64,000 nucleotides of DNA from Roseovarius sp. (lineage in GTDB: Bacteria; Pseudomonadota; Alphaproteobacteria; Rhodobacterales; Rhodobacteraceae): the NCBI GenBank assembly GCA_036568405.1, contig DATCSR010000001.1, positions 34,684 through 98,683 on the forward strand. Direction: 5' to 3'. The translations under genes were made by a program, and so were the position numbers. How positions within the stretch are numbered: position 1 is the stretch's first letter; every line of letters starts with the position of its first letter. Under the pieces are notes generated by a model, which saw only the letters and a program-made list of their open reading frames with translations, ran no database searches and was not told the origin of the DNA. Below are positions 37,982 through 48,328 of the stretch, piece after piece.

Positions 37982-39247
37982 TTAGCGTTCAGGCGGCGTC
38001 CAATCGCTTTCCATCGCCGCATTGCGCCGTCGCAGCCGCAGGGCAAGACCCAGGAAGACGCCGACACCGATGGCGACGGTCAGATCCGCGAACACGGTCA
38101 GCACCAGCGTCAGCACCAGCAGGATCCGGTCCGCCATGCTGGACTGCATATACCCCCGCCACTTGTGCGGCTCGCTCATATTCCAGGCGGTCAGGATAAG
38201 AAGCCCCGCAAGCGCAGGCATGGCAAGGTAGCCCGCAAGCGGCGCCGCCAGAAGCATCACCAGCAAAATAGTCACCGCATGAACAACGCCGGCAACCGGG
38301 GTTCTCCCACCGGCGCGCACATTGGTGGCCGTGCGGGCGATTGCGCCTGTCGCCGGCAGTCCCCCGAACATAGCCGAACCGATATTGGCAAACCCCTGCG
38401 CCAGAACCTCGGCGTTCGGGCGGTGCTGCCCCCCGATCATGCGATCTGCGACCATCGCCGACAACAGCGATTCAATACTGGCGAGGAAAGCGATCACAAT
38501 CGCCGACGGAAGCAATTCAACGAGGCGCTCAATGCTAACCGCCGGAAGCGCGGGAAACGGCAACGTGCTGGGCAGCGCCCCGAACCGCGAAAAGATCGTG
38601 TCGACCGGCAGAACGGCGAAGGCAACAATGGCCGAGGTCACACCAACCGCGACGATCAGCCCCGGAAACTTCGGGGCGAGTCGTCGCAGCCCGATGATCA
38701 GCGCCATTGTCCCCAGCCCGATCCCGAGCGCAAAGACGCTGAAGGTATCGCGCGCGTCCCAAAGGGCTTCGACCTTTGCAATGAATTCCGCTGGCACCTG
38801 CGCAATCGACAGCCCGAACAGGTCTTTGATCTGGCTGGTCGCAATGATGACGCCAATTCCGATCGTGAATCCGTTGATCACCGGCTCAGGCACATACGCA
38901 ACAAGGTTACCGGCCCGTAGAAATCCGGCGACCAGCATGATGATACCGGCCATGAAGGTCGCAAGGATCAGCCCATCGTATCCATGCTGCATGATGACGC
39001 CGAAGACGACAACGATAAACGCGCCGGTCGGTCCCCCGATCTGCACACGGCTGCCCCCGAGCAGCGAGATGATGAGCCCGGCAACGATTGCGGTCACCAC
39101 GCCTTTCTCCGGCCCGGCCCCCGAGGCGATGGCAATGGCGAGGCTCAAGGGCAACGCCACCATCGCCACAGTCATTCCTGCAACGAGGTCGCCGGCGAAC
39201 TGTTGCCGGTCATAGGTTTTGAGGGTCGTCAGTATTTTGGGTTTCAT
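37982..39247 (-). CDS. SulP-family anion transporter, transmembrane core only (no STAS domain)
   Basis: The N-terminus MKPKILTTLKTYDRQQFAGDLVAGMTVAMVALPLSLAIAIASG is typical SulP. The protein ends about 421 aa, right after the last TM segment. Confidence 0.85.
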   Translation of the reverse strand: MKPKILTTLKTYDRQQFAGDLVAGMTVAMVALPLSLAIAIASGAGPEKGVVTAIVAGLIISLLGGSRVQIGGPTGAFIVVVFGVIMQHGYDGLILATFMAGIIMLVAGFLRAGNLVAYVPEPVINGFTIGIGVIIATSQIKDLFGLSIAQVPAEFIAKVEALWDARDTFSVFALGIGLGTMALIIGLRRLAPKFPGLIVAVGVTSAIVAFAVLPVDTIFSRFGALPSTLPFPALPAVSIERLVELLPSAIVIAFLASIESLLSAMVADRMIGGQHRPNAEVLAQGFANIGSAMFGGLPATGAIARTATNVRAGGRTPVAGVVHAVTILLVMLLAAPLAGYLAMPALAGLLILTAWNMSEPHKWRGYMQSSMADRILLVLTLVLTVFADLTVAIGVGVFLGLALRLRRRNAAMESDWTPPER

Positions 39248-39469
39248 GGCATGATCTACGCCCCTCAAAACGCGGAGTTCAACCACTTAAGACAGAGGCG
39301 CCATTTACCGGATTGCCGTCCCTGTCACATTCTGCCCGCTTGGCCGGCGGCAAAGGCGCCACGACAGCCCCGGCAGCCGTCGAAGGCCGGCATTTTTCGC
39401 CCCACACCCAAATCAAATGAAGATTTCCCGACAACCCCATGCTATGACGGTCAAAATAAAAAAACGAGC

Positions 39470-40180
39470 ATGAGCATGAGCAGCAGACCTAAAATGGACG
39501 ACCACCTGCGCGAGCAGATCATCAGCCAGCCCGACGTTATTCTTGAGGATCAGGACCTTATGCACGCCCTCATCGCCGCGAACGAGCGGGCGATCGGCGG
39601 CAATATCGTCGATCTGCGCGGCATCGCGATGGACCGGCTGGCGGCGCGGCTGGACCGGCTGGAGGATACGCACCGCTCCGTGATCGCCGCCGCCTATGAC
39701 AATCTGGCCGGCACAAATCAGGTGCACCGCGCCATCCTGCGGATGCTGGATCCCACTGAATTCGAGGTGTTTCTGCACAATCTGGGCGGCGAGGTCGCTG
39801 AGATCCTGCGGGTCGCGTCCGTGCGCCTTATTCTGGAATCCGCGCAGGACGACTCCGATCCGGCGGTGCAGCGGCTGGGCAATGTATTGACCGTGTCCGA
39901 GCCGGGATTTGTCGCGCGCTACATCAGAGACGACCGCGGCAGCGACCGGCAGGTGACATTGCGCCAGATCAACGGCGGAGAGGCCACGTTGCATGGTGGC
40001 GCATCGGCGCATATCCGTTCCGAGGCATGTCTGCGGCTGGATTTCGGCGACGGGTGCCTGCCGGGCATGCTGGTTCTGGGGGCGGAGGATCCACAACAGT
40101 TTACCCCGCAGCAGGGCACGGACCTGCTGACCTTCTTTGCCGGCGTGTTCGAAAGGGCGATGCGCCGCTGGCTGTCATGA
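39470..40180 (+). CDS. DUF484-family protein (XerC-associated)
   Basis: Begins MSMSSRPKMDDHLREQIISQPDVILEDQDLM.... Its stop overlaps the xerC start (ATGA). The DUF484-xerC pairing is a common proteobacterial arrangement. Confidence 0.75.
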   Translation: MSMSSRPKMDDHLREQIISQPDVILEDQDLMHALIAANERAIGGNIVDLRGIAMDRLAARLDRLEDTHRSVIAAAYDNLAGTNQVHRAILRMLDPTEFEVFLHNLGGEVAEILRVASVRLILESAQDDSDPAVQRLGNVLTVSEPGFVARYIRDDRGSDRQVTLRQINGGEATLHGGASAHIRSEACLRLDFGDGCLPGMLVLGAEDPQQFTPQQGTDLLTFFAGVFERAMRRWLS

Positions 40181-41091
40181 TCTCGCCCGCCGCGCGGCAG
40201 TCGCTGGCGGATTGGCTGGACCAACAGCGCGCGCTGCGCGGCGCGGCGGAAAACACGATCACCGCCTATTGCGCCGATGTCACCGGATTTCTGGCCTTTA
40301 TCACGCAGCACAAGGGCGGCCTGCAGGGTCTGGGCGCGCTGGCCCGGATCACCACATCCGACATGCGCGCCTGGATGGCGCATACGCGCAGCGACGATGT
40401 CGGACCCCGCTCGCTGGCGCGCAAACTGTCGGCGGTGAAATCCTTTTATCGCTGGCTGGCCGAGCGCGAGGGGTTCGAGCCGACCGCCGTGCTGGCCACG
40501 CGCAGCCCGAAATTCCAGCGCAAACTGCCCCGCCCCCTCAGCGTCGAGGCCGCGCGCAATGTGATCGACACCGCCGAGTTCCAGTCGCTGACGCCGTGGA
40601 TCGCCGCGCGTGACCGGGCCGTGATCACCGTGCTTTACGGCTGCGGCCTGCGCATTTCCGAGGCGCTGTCGCTGACCGGCGCCGACGCGCCCCTGCCCGC
40701 CACGTTGCGCATTGTCGGCAAGGGCGGCAAGGAGCGGATGGTGCCGGTCCTGCCCGTCGCGCAGCACGCCGTCGACGAATACACCCGCGCGTGCCCCCAC
40801 CCGATGACCGAGGACGGACCGCTGTTCATGGGCGCGCGCGGCGGCAAACTCGCCCCCCGCGCGGTGCAGAAGGTGATGGAGCAGGTCCGCAGCCAGTTGG
40901 GCCTGCCTGCAACAGCGACGCCGCACGCGCTGCGCCACAGCTTTGCCACGCACCTGCTGAATGCGGGCGGCGATTTGCGCGCGATACAGGAATTGCTGGG
41001 CCACGCGTCGCTGTCCACCACGCAGGCTTATACCGGCGTCGACACCGCCCGCCTGATGGAAGTCTACGCGCGCGCCCACCCCAAAGCCTGA
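40177..41091 (+). CDS. xerC: Tyrosine recombinase XerC
   Basis: Catalytic residues are in context: ...GLRISEAL..., HALRHSFATHLL, LGHASLSTTQAYT. Confidence 0.85.
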   Translation: MISPAARQSLADWLDQQRALRGAAENTITAYCADVTGFLAFITQHKGGLQGLGALARITTSDMRAWMAHTRSDDVGPRSLARKLSAVKSFYRWLAEREGFEPTAVLATRSPKFQRKLPRPLSVEAARNVIDTAEFQSLTPWIAARDRAVITVLYGCGLRISEALSLTGADAPLPATLRIVGKGGKERMVPVLPVAQHAVDEYTRACPHPMTEDGPLFMGARGGKLAPRAVQKVMEQVRSQLGLPATATPHALRHSFATHLLNAGGDLRAIQELLGHASLSTTQAYTGVDTARLMEVYARAHPKA

Positions 41092-41126
41092 TTGCCCACG
41101 CCCGGCTTAGCGCCTATAGGGACGCC

Positions 41127-41828
41127 ATGACACCACAAATCAAAGCCCTATCCGTCCATCTTTTCACTGCGACAGGCGTCGTTTTCGCCATGCTGGCCAT
41201 GCTCGCCGCCGCGGACGAACAATGGGGGCTGATGTTCGTCTGGCTGGTCGTCGCCTTTGCGGTCGATGGCGCGGACGGGCCGCTGGCGCGCAAATATCAC
41301 GTTCAGAAATTCGCGCCCCGTTTCGATGGTGTGCTGCTGGACATGATCATTGATTTCATCACTTATGCGTTCATTCCAGCCTTTGCGCTGTTCAAATCGG
41401 GGTTGCTTCCGGGCTGGACGGGCTGGGCGGCGATCATCCTGATTACCTTCGCCAGCGCGATGTATTTCTGCGACAAGGGCATGAAAACCGCCGATAAATC
41501 CTTCTCGGGCTTTCCAGGCTGCTGGAACATGGTGGTGCTGGTTCTCTTCGCGACCGAGCCGCCCTTCTGGTTCACGCTGACGCTGGTGGCCGCGCTCGCG
41601 GTCGCGATGTTCCTGCCGCTGAAGTTCGTTCATCCCGTGCGCACCAAGCGCTGGCGCGCGATATCCCTGCCGATGATCTTTGTCTGGACATTCTTTGCAG
41701 GATGGGCCGCCTGGGTCGATTTCCACCCCGAAAGCTGGGCGCATTGGGGGCTGGTGATAACGTCGGTCTACCTCTTGGGTGCCGGGATCGTGCAGCAGAT
41801 CGTGCCGGAACGGCGGGCGTGGGCGTAG
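41127..41828 (+). CDS. pcs: Phosphatidylcholine synthase (CDP-alcohol phosphatidyltransferase family)
   Basis: DGADGPLARK-x-GVLLDMIID motif. The N-terminus SVHLFTATGVVFAMLAMLAAA is close to rhizobial Pcs. Confidence 0.8.
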   Translation: MTPQIKALSVHLFTATGVVFAMLAMLAAADEQWGLMFVWLVVAFAVDGADGPLARKYHVQKFAPRFDGVLLDMIIDFITYAFIPAFALFKSGLLPGWTGWAAIILITFASAMYFCDKGMKTADKSFSGFPGCWNMVVLVLFATEPPFWFTLTLVAALAVAMFLPLKFVHPVRTKRWRAISLPMIFVWTFFAGWAAWVDFHPESWAHWGLVITSVYLLGAGIVQQIVPERRAWA

Positions 41829-41915
41829 GGCAAGCTTGCTATTCGCGACGGCCAAAATTTCGCCCTAATACGACTTTATCGTGCGCCATATTGAGGTGAC
41901 GATTGGACTTTGGGT

Positions 41916-42602
41916 ATGATTGCGCAGCGCGTTTCAGTTCTTGTTGATGGCGATAACGTCAGCGCGATTCATTCCGCACAGGTCCTTTCAGAAGCAGCAA
42001 AACTCGGCCGGCCAGACGTCTCGCGCGTGTATGCCGCGGCTCACCAACAATCGGATTGGCTAACCACGCCTGGCTACAGATTGATGCACGCAGGTTCAGG
42101 CAAGAATTCGGCAGACGTTCTACTGTGTATCGACGCTATGGAACTTGCCTTGAGCGGCGGCATGCAGGCCTTCGTGATAGCGACGTCTGATGGCGACTTC
42201 ACCCATCTGGCGCACCGATTGCGCGAACATGGTTTGCATGTGCTGGGCTTGGGCGAGGCCAAAGCGCCCAAGTGTTTTCGTATGGCTTGTTCGAAATTCG
42301 TTCAGCTCGGAAGCGGTGTGAAGGAAAAGGATACACAATCTGATCCTGATAGCGCTGCATACGATTTTGACCGCAAAATCCGCTTTATGATCCAGCAATA
42401 CAGCCAAAAAGGATCTGGTATGCGGCTCGTGGAGTTGGCCGGCAAAATGAGCAAGGCGCATGGCACGCGGATCAGTACCTACCCCGAGCGCAACTGGCGC
42501 GCTTATTTGGCCAACCGCCCGACCCTCTACGCCTTAGATCCGCGTGGCCCCGAGGCGATGGTCCGATACAAACCCGAAGGGTTTGCAGCGTTGCCCATCT
42601 AA
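41916..42602 (+). CDS. NYN (LabA/DUF88-like) domain protein with a possible C-terminal OST-HTH/LOTUS-like module
   Basis: VSVLVDGDNV...GKNSADVLLCIDAMELA...FVIATSDGDFTHLAHRLREHG acidic NYN motifs. The gene is visibly less GC-rich than its neighbours. An alternative TTG start is at 41910. Confidence 0.75.
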   Translation: MIAQRVSVLVDGDNVSAIHSAQVLSEAAKLGRPDVSRVYAAAHQQSDWLTTPGYRLMHAGSGKNSADVLLCIDAMELALSGGMQAFVIATSDGDFTHLAHRLREHGLHVLGLGEAKAPKCFRMACSKFVQLGSGVKEKDTQSDPDSAAYDFDRKIRFMIQQYSQKGSGMRLVELAGKMSKAHGTRISTYPERNWRAYLANRPTLYALDPRGPEAMVRYKPEGFAALPI

Positions 42603-43054
42603 ATCAACAGCCCGCCCGCGCCCTCGTGCCGCAGCAGCCAAACCTTTGTCTCGACCCCGCCCTTGCCCGAGAACCCGCCCAGACCGCTGGTTCCCAGCAC
42701 CCTGTGACATGGAATGATGATTGGAATCGGATTGCCGCCGCAGCCAGTCCCAATCGCCTGCGCCGGTACTTTCAGCGCCTTTGCCAAATCGCCGTAGGTC
42801 CGCGTTTCGCCATAAGGAATGGCTGCGATCGCATCGCAGACGCTGCGCTGAAACGCGGTGCCGCGCACGCGGACCGGCAGATCGAACTGCTGCAACTCAC
42901 CCGCAAAGTAGCTCCGCAATTGGTCCAGCGCGCGGCGCAGGAGGGGGGTATCTTCTGGCAGGAACGCGTCATGCCAGTCCAGCGCGGTGATTGCGCCATG
43001 CTCTTCGGTGACGCAGATCGGCCCCAGCGGCGTGGGCAGGGACGCGCTGGCCAT
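42599..43054 (-). CDS. ogt: Methylated-DNA--protein-cysteine methyltransferase
   Basis: Active-site IPCHRV. The start ATG lies 1 nt after the trpA stop codon. Confidence 0.9.
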   Translation of the reverse strand: MASASLPTPLGPICVTEEHGAITALDWHDAFLPEDTPLLRRALDQLRSYFAGELQQFDLPVRVRGTAFQRSVCDAIAAIPYGETRTYGDLAKALKVPAQAIGTGCGGNPIPIIIPCHRVLGTSGLGGFSGKGGVETKVWLLRHEGAGGLLI

Positions 43055-43055
43055 G

Positions 43056-43847
43056 TCAGGCCGAATGCGCGCCGTCTGCCAGCCCCTTGACGAATTCCAG
43101 CACATCAGCCGGGCTATCGCCGTTTGCGATCTTGCCGACGATGGCGGACCCGACAACGGCGCCGTCCGCCACGCTGGCAATGGCGCGCGATGTTTCCGGC
43201 GTGCGGATGCCAAAACCGACGATGACGGGCAGATCAGTCTGCGCCTTGATCCGCGCGACCTCGGGGGCGACATCGCCTGCCTCGGCGGCGGCCGCGCCGG
43301 TGATGCCGGTGATCGAAACGTAATAAACGAAACCGGAGGTGTTCTGCATGACCTTCGGCAGGCGTTTGTCATCGGTGGTCGGCGTGGCCAGCCGGATGAA
43401 GTTGAGGCCCGCCGCCTGCGCGGGGATGCACAGCTCCTCGTCCTCTTCGGGCGGCAGATCCACGACGATCAGACCGTCGATGCCGGCCTCCTTGGCGTCG
43501 ATCAGGAACTGCGGAACGCCGTGATTGTAGATCGGGTTGTAATACCCCATCAGCACGATCGGCGTGGTGTCGTCGCCCTTGCGAAACTCGCGGGCCATCT
43601 GCAGCGTGCGCTTTAGCGTCATGCCGCCCTTCAGCGCGCGCTGGCCTGCCAGCTGGATCGTCACGCCGTCGGCCATCGGGTCGGTGAAGGGCAGGCCCAA
43701 CTCGATGATGTCAACGCCCGCATCCGGCAGGCCGCGCACGATTTCCAGCGAGGTGTCGTAATCGGGATCGCCGGCCATTACATAGGCAACGAACGCCTTT
43801 TTGCCTGCGGCTTTCAACTGGTCGAATTTGGCGTCGATACGGCTCAT
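43056..43847 (-). CDS. trpA: Tryptophan synthase alpha chain
   Basis: [28 protein letters not shown]...[14 protein letters not shown]...GFGI. Confidence 0.95.
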   Translation of the reverse strand: MSRIDAKFDQLKAAGKKAFVAYVMAGDPDYDTSLEIVRGLPDAGVDIIELGLPFTDPMADGVTIQLAGQRALKGGMTLKRTLQMAREFRKGDDTTPIVLMGYYNPIYNHGVPQFLIDAKEAGIDGLIVVDLPPEEDEELCIPAQAAGLNFIRLATPTTDDKRLPKVMQNTSGFVYYVSITGITGAAAAEAGDVAPEVARIKAQTDLPVIVGFGIRTPETSRAIASVADGAVVGSAIVGKIANGDSPADVLEFVKGLADGAHSA

Positions 43848-43967
43848 GGCGGTCCCCTGTCTGATCGCAACGGGTTTGGCCCAAAGGGGCGCGGAAATCA
43901 ATGGTCTGCTTGACGCCCGGCGCCCCGGTGCCATAGATGCCCTGACTTTTCACCAAGGAGCGGCGTC

Positions 43968-45065
43968 ATGGGTTTCAAAATGGGTATCGTCGGACTGCCC
44001 AATGTCGGCAAGTCCACGCTGTTCAACGCGCTGACGCGCACCGCCGCCGCGCAGGCCGCCAACTTCCCCTTCTGCACGATCGAGCCGAATGTCGGCGATG
44101 TCGCCGTGCCCGATGCCCGGCTGGACAAGCTGGCCGCGATCGCGGGCAGCAAGCAGACGATCCCGACACGCATGACATTCGTCGATATCGCCGGGCTGGT
44201 CAAAGGCGCCAGCAAGGGCGAGGGGCTGGGCAACCAGTTTCTGGCCAATATCCGCGAGGTTGATGCGATTGCCCATGTGGTCCGCTGCTTTGAGGATGAC
44301 GACGTGACCCATGTGGAGAACCGCATTGATCCCGTCGCCGACGCCGAAACAATCGAGACCGAGCTGATGCTGGCCGATATCGAAAGCATCGAAAAGCGCC
44401 TTGTGAACATCACCCGCAAGGTGCGCGGCGGCGACAAGGAGGCGGTTCAGCAGGAGCGCCTGCTCAAGGCCGCGCTGGCCGTGCTGGAAGAGGGCAAGCC
44501 TGCCCGCGTGGTGGACGTCGACGACGAAGACCGCCGCGCGTGGAAGATGCTGCAACTGCTGACGACCAAGCCGGTACTTTATGTCTGCAACGTGGGCGAA
44601 TCCGACGCCGCGACCGGCAATGCCCTGTCCGCCAAGGTCGGCGAAATGGCCGCTGCCGAGGGAAATTCCCACGTCGTCATCAGCGCGCAGATCGAAGAGG
44701 AAATCAGCCAGCTGGACGCCGATGAGGCCGAGATGTTCCTGACCGAAATGGGTCTGGACGAGGCCGGGCTGAACCGCCTGATCAAGGCCGGCTACGAGCT
44801 GCTGCATCTGGAAACCTACTTCACCGTTGGCCCCAAGGAGGCGCGCGCCTGGACGATCCGCAGCGGCACATCCGCGCCCAAGGCTGCCGGCGTCATCCAC
44901 GGCGATTTCGAGCGTGGGTTCATCCGCGCCGAAACCATCGCCTATGATGATTTCGTCAATCTGGGCGGCGAGCAGGCGGCGAAAGAAGCCGGCAAGATGC
45001 GGGCCGAGGGAAAATCGTATATCGTCAAGGATGGCGACGTGCTGCACTTCCTCTTCAACACCTGA
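43968..45065 (+). CDS. ychF: Redox-regulated ATPase YchF
   Basis: MGFKMGIVGLPNVGKSTLFNALT and a C-terminal TGS-like end. Confidence 0.95.
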   Translation: MGFKMGIVGLPNVGKSTLFNALTRTAAAQAANFPFCTIEPNVGDVAVPDARLDKLAAIAGSKQTIPTRMTFVDIAGLVKGASKGEGLGNQFLANIREVDAIAHVVRCFEDDDVTHVENRIDPVADAETIETELMLADIESIEKRLVNITRKVRGGDKEAVQQERLLKAALAVLEEGKPARVVDVDDEDRRAWKMLQLLTTKPVLYVCNVGESDAATGNALSAKVGEMAAAEGNSHVVISAQIEEEISQLDADEAEMFLTEMGLDEAGLNRLIKAGYELLHLETYFTVGPKEARAWTIRSGTSAPKAAGVIHGDFERGFIRAETIAYDDFVNLGGEQAAKEAGKMRAEGKSYIVKDGDVLHFLFNT

Positions 45066-45089
45066 GGCGCGCCCCGGACCGGAGATCGC

Positions 45090-46022
45090 ATGAGCCCCAC
45101 CTTCCCTGAAGGCCTGCAAGAGTTCCTGCACGCGCTGGACCGCAACATCCATGCGGAGGGCGACTGGGGCACGCCCGCCTCGTATATTCCGGAACTGGCG
45201 GCGGTGGACCCGGCGCAATTCGCCATTTCGGTCGCCATGGCCGACGGGCGCACCCTGTCGGCGGGCGCGCACACCAAGCGCTTCTCGATCCAGAGCGTTA
45301 GCAAGGTCTTCACCCTCGCTGCCGCGTTGGGCCGGATCGGCGATGCGCTCTGGGCGCGGGTGGGGCGCGAGCCGTCGGGGACGGCCTTCAACTCCATCGC
45401 GCTGCTGGAGCAGGAACAGGGCCGCCCGCGCAATCCCTTCATCAACGCAGGCGCCATCGTGACTACCGATGCGCTGCTGGACGGGCGCAAACCGCGCGAG
45501 GCGCTGGCCGAGCTGATCCAATTCATCCGCGCCGCTGCCGAAGATGATGACATCCACATCGACAAACACGTCGCCGCCTCGGAGGAGGCGACAGGCCACC
45601 GCAACGCGGCGCTGGCGCATTACCTTTATTCCTTCGACAATCTGGCGAACGAGCCGGACCTGACATTGGGCACCTATATGCACCAATGCGCTATCGCCAT
45701 GACCACGGACCAATTGGCCCGCTCGGGCCGGATGCTGGCGGGGCTGGAGGGCGCGCCGCGGCTGATTTCCGCGCGCCGCGCACGCCGGATCAACGCGCTG
45801 ATGATGACCTGCGGGCATTACGACGGCTCGGGCGATTTCGCCTATCGCGTCGGCCTGCCGGGCAAAAGCGGCGTCGGCGGCGGCATCCTGATGATCGCGC
45901 CGGGCAAGGCGTCCGTCGCGGTCTGGTCGCCGGGGCTGAACCACTACGGCAATTCGCAGGCCGGAACCGAGGCCGCGCACCGGCTGGCCAACTTCACCGG
46001 CTGGTCGGTGTTCGGCAGCTAA
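45090..46022 (+). CDS. glsA: Glutaminase A
   Basis: FSIQSVSKVFTLAAAL (Ser-x-x-Lys) and GLPGKSGVGGGI. Confidence 0.9.
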   Translation: MSPTFPEGLQEFLHALDRNIHAEGDWGTPASYIPELAAVDPAQFAISVAMADGRTLSAGAHTKRFSIQSVSKVFTLAAALGRIGDALWARVGREPSGTAFNSIALLEQEQGRPRNPFINAGAIVTTDALLDGRKPREALAELIQFIRAAAEDDDIHIDKHVAASEEATGHRNAALAHYLYSFDNLANEPDLTLGTYMHQCAIAMTTDQLARSGRMLAGLEGAPRLISARRARRINALMMTCGHYDGSGDFAYRVGLPGKSGVGGGILMIAPGKASVAVWSPGLNHYGNSQAGTEAAHRLANFTGWSVFGS

Positions 46023-46165
46023 AGCGTTTCGCCTTCAACCTGAGACATCGGTTAAAGACGAAACCCGCGCAACGCTGCTATGGTGCGCGCGCTCCACGAA
46101 AAGCTGTGATTCAGGTTTTTCGCGGAACGCTCTAGCCCACTTGCACTCGGGGCGCAGGCGCTTAA

Positions 46166-47404
<1,239 letters not shown>

Positions 47405-47446
47405 TGAATCCACATTTCGATATCACCTGACAGAAGGAATAACATC

Positions 47447-48229
47447 ATGAATCTCAAGGACAAGGTCTGCATCATCACCGGCGGCGCCAGCGGCATCGGC
47501 TATGGCATCGCCGAACGCTACATCGCGGATGGCGCCAAGGTCGTTATCGCCGATCTGCGGCTGGACGCGGCGCAAGAGGCCGCCGATACGCTGACCGCCA
47601 AGGGGCCGGGCAGCGCGATGGCCGTCGAGATGAACGTCACCGACGAGGCGATGGTCGATGCCGGCGTCCAGCAGGTAATCGACGCATGGGGCCAGATCGA
47701 CGTGCTGGTGTCGAACGCCGGTATCCAGATCGTGCATCCGGTGGTGGATTTCCCGTTCGAGGAATGGAAAAAGATGCTGTCGATCCATCTGGACGGCGCT
47801 TTCCTGACCTCCAAGGCCGTGCTGAAACATATGTACAAGGCGGGCAGCGGGTCGATCATCTTCATGGGATCAGTCCACTCCAAGGAGGCGTCGGCGCTGA
47901 AATCGGCCTATGTCACGGCGAAACATGGCCTGATGGGGCTGGCCCGCGTCATCTCGAAAGAAGGCGCCAAGCATGGCGTGCGCGCCAACGTGATCTGCCC
48001 CGGTTTCGTCAAGACGCCGCTGGTGGAAAAGCAGATCCCCGAGCAGGCGCGCGATCTGGGCATCTCCGAAGAGGAGGTCGTGAACAAGGTCATGCTGGGC
48101 AACACCGTCGATCAGGAATTCACCACGATCGAGGATGTCGCCGAGGTCGCGCATGTCTTTGCCGCCTTCCCGACCAATGCGCTGACCGGCCAGTCGCTGG
48201 TTGTGAGCCATGGCTGGTACATGAACTAA
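47447..48229 (+). CDS. bdhA: 3-hydroxybutyrate dehydrogenase (SDR family)
   Basis: TGGASGIG cofactor loop and catalytic [28 protein letters not shown] and the C-terminal SHGWYMN are typical of BDH. Confidence 0.8.
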   Translation: MNLKDKVCIITGGASGIGYGIAERYIADGAKVVIADLRLDAAQEAADTLTAKGPGSAMAVEMNVTDEAMVDAGVQQVIDAWGQIDVLVSNAGIQIVHPVVDFPFEEWKKMLSIHLDGAFLTSKAVLKHMYKAGSGSIIFMGSVHSKEASALKSAYVTAKHGLMGLARVISKEGAKHGVRANVICPGFVKTPLVEKQIPEQARDLGISEEEVVNKVMLGNTVDQEFTTIEDVAEVAHVFAAFPTNALTGQSLVVSHGWYMN

Positions 48230-48328
48230 GCGGGGCAGCGGCAGGCCGCGCCGGAAGGGCTGATCGGATCACATCATGACACACATTCCTTCAAATGCGC
48301 CCTGCCCCGCCCATACCGGCGTGCCGGG

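Noticed and set aside
40177-41091. Tyrosine recombinase considered as a phage or integrative-element integrase
   Set aside because: It is translationally coupled to a DUF484 gene, has XerC-like size and motifs, and is flanked by housekeeping genes. There is no att-like repeat or tRNA. It is the chromosome dimer-resolution XerC.
43950-45980. 676-aa ORF antisense to ychF and glsA
   Set aside because: Shadow ORF spanning two unrelated, well-supported plus-strand genes.
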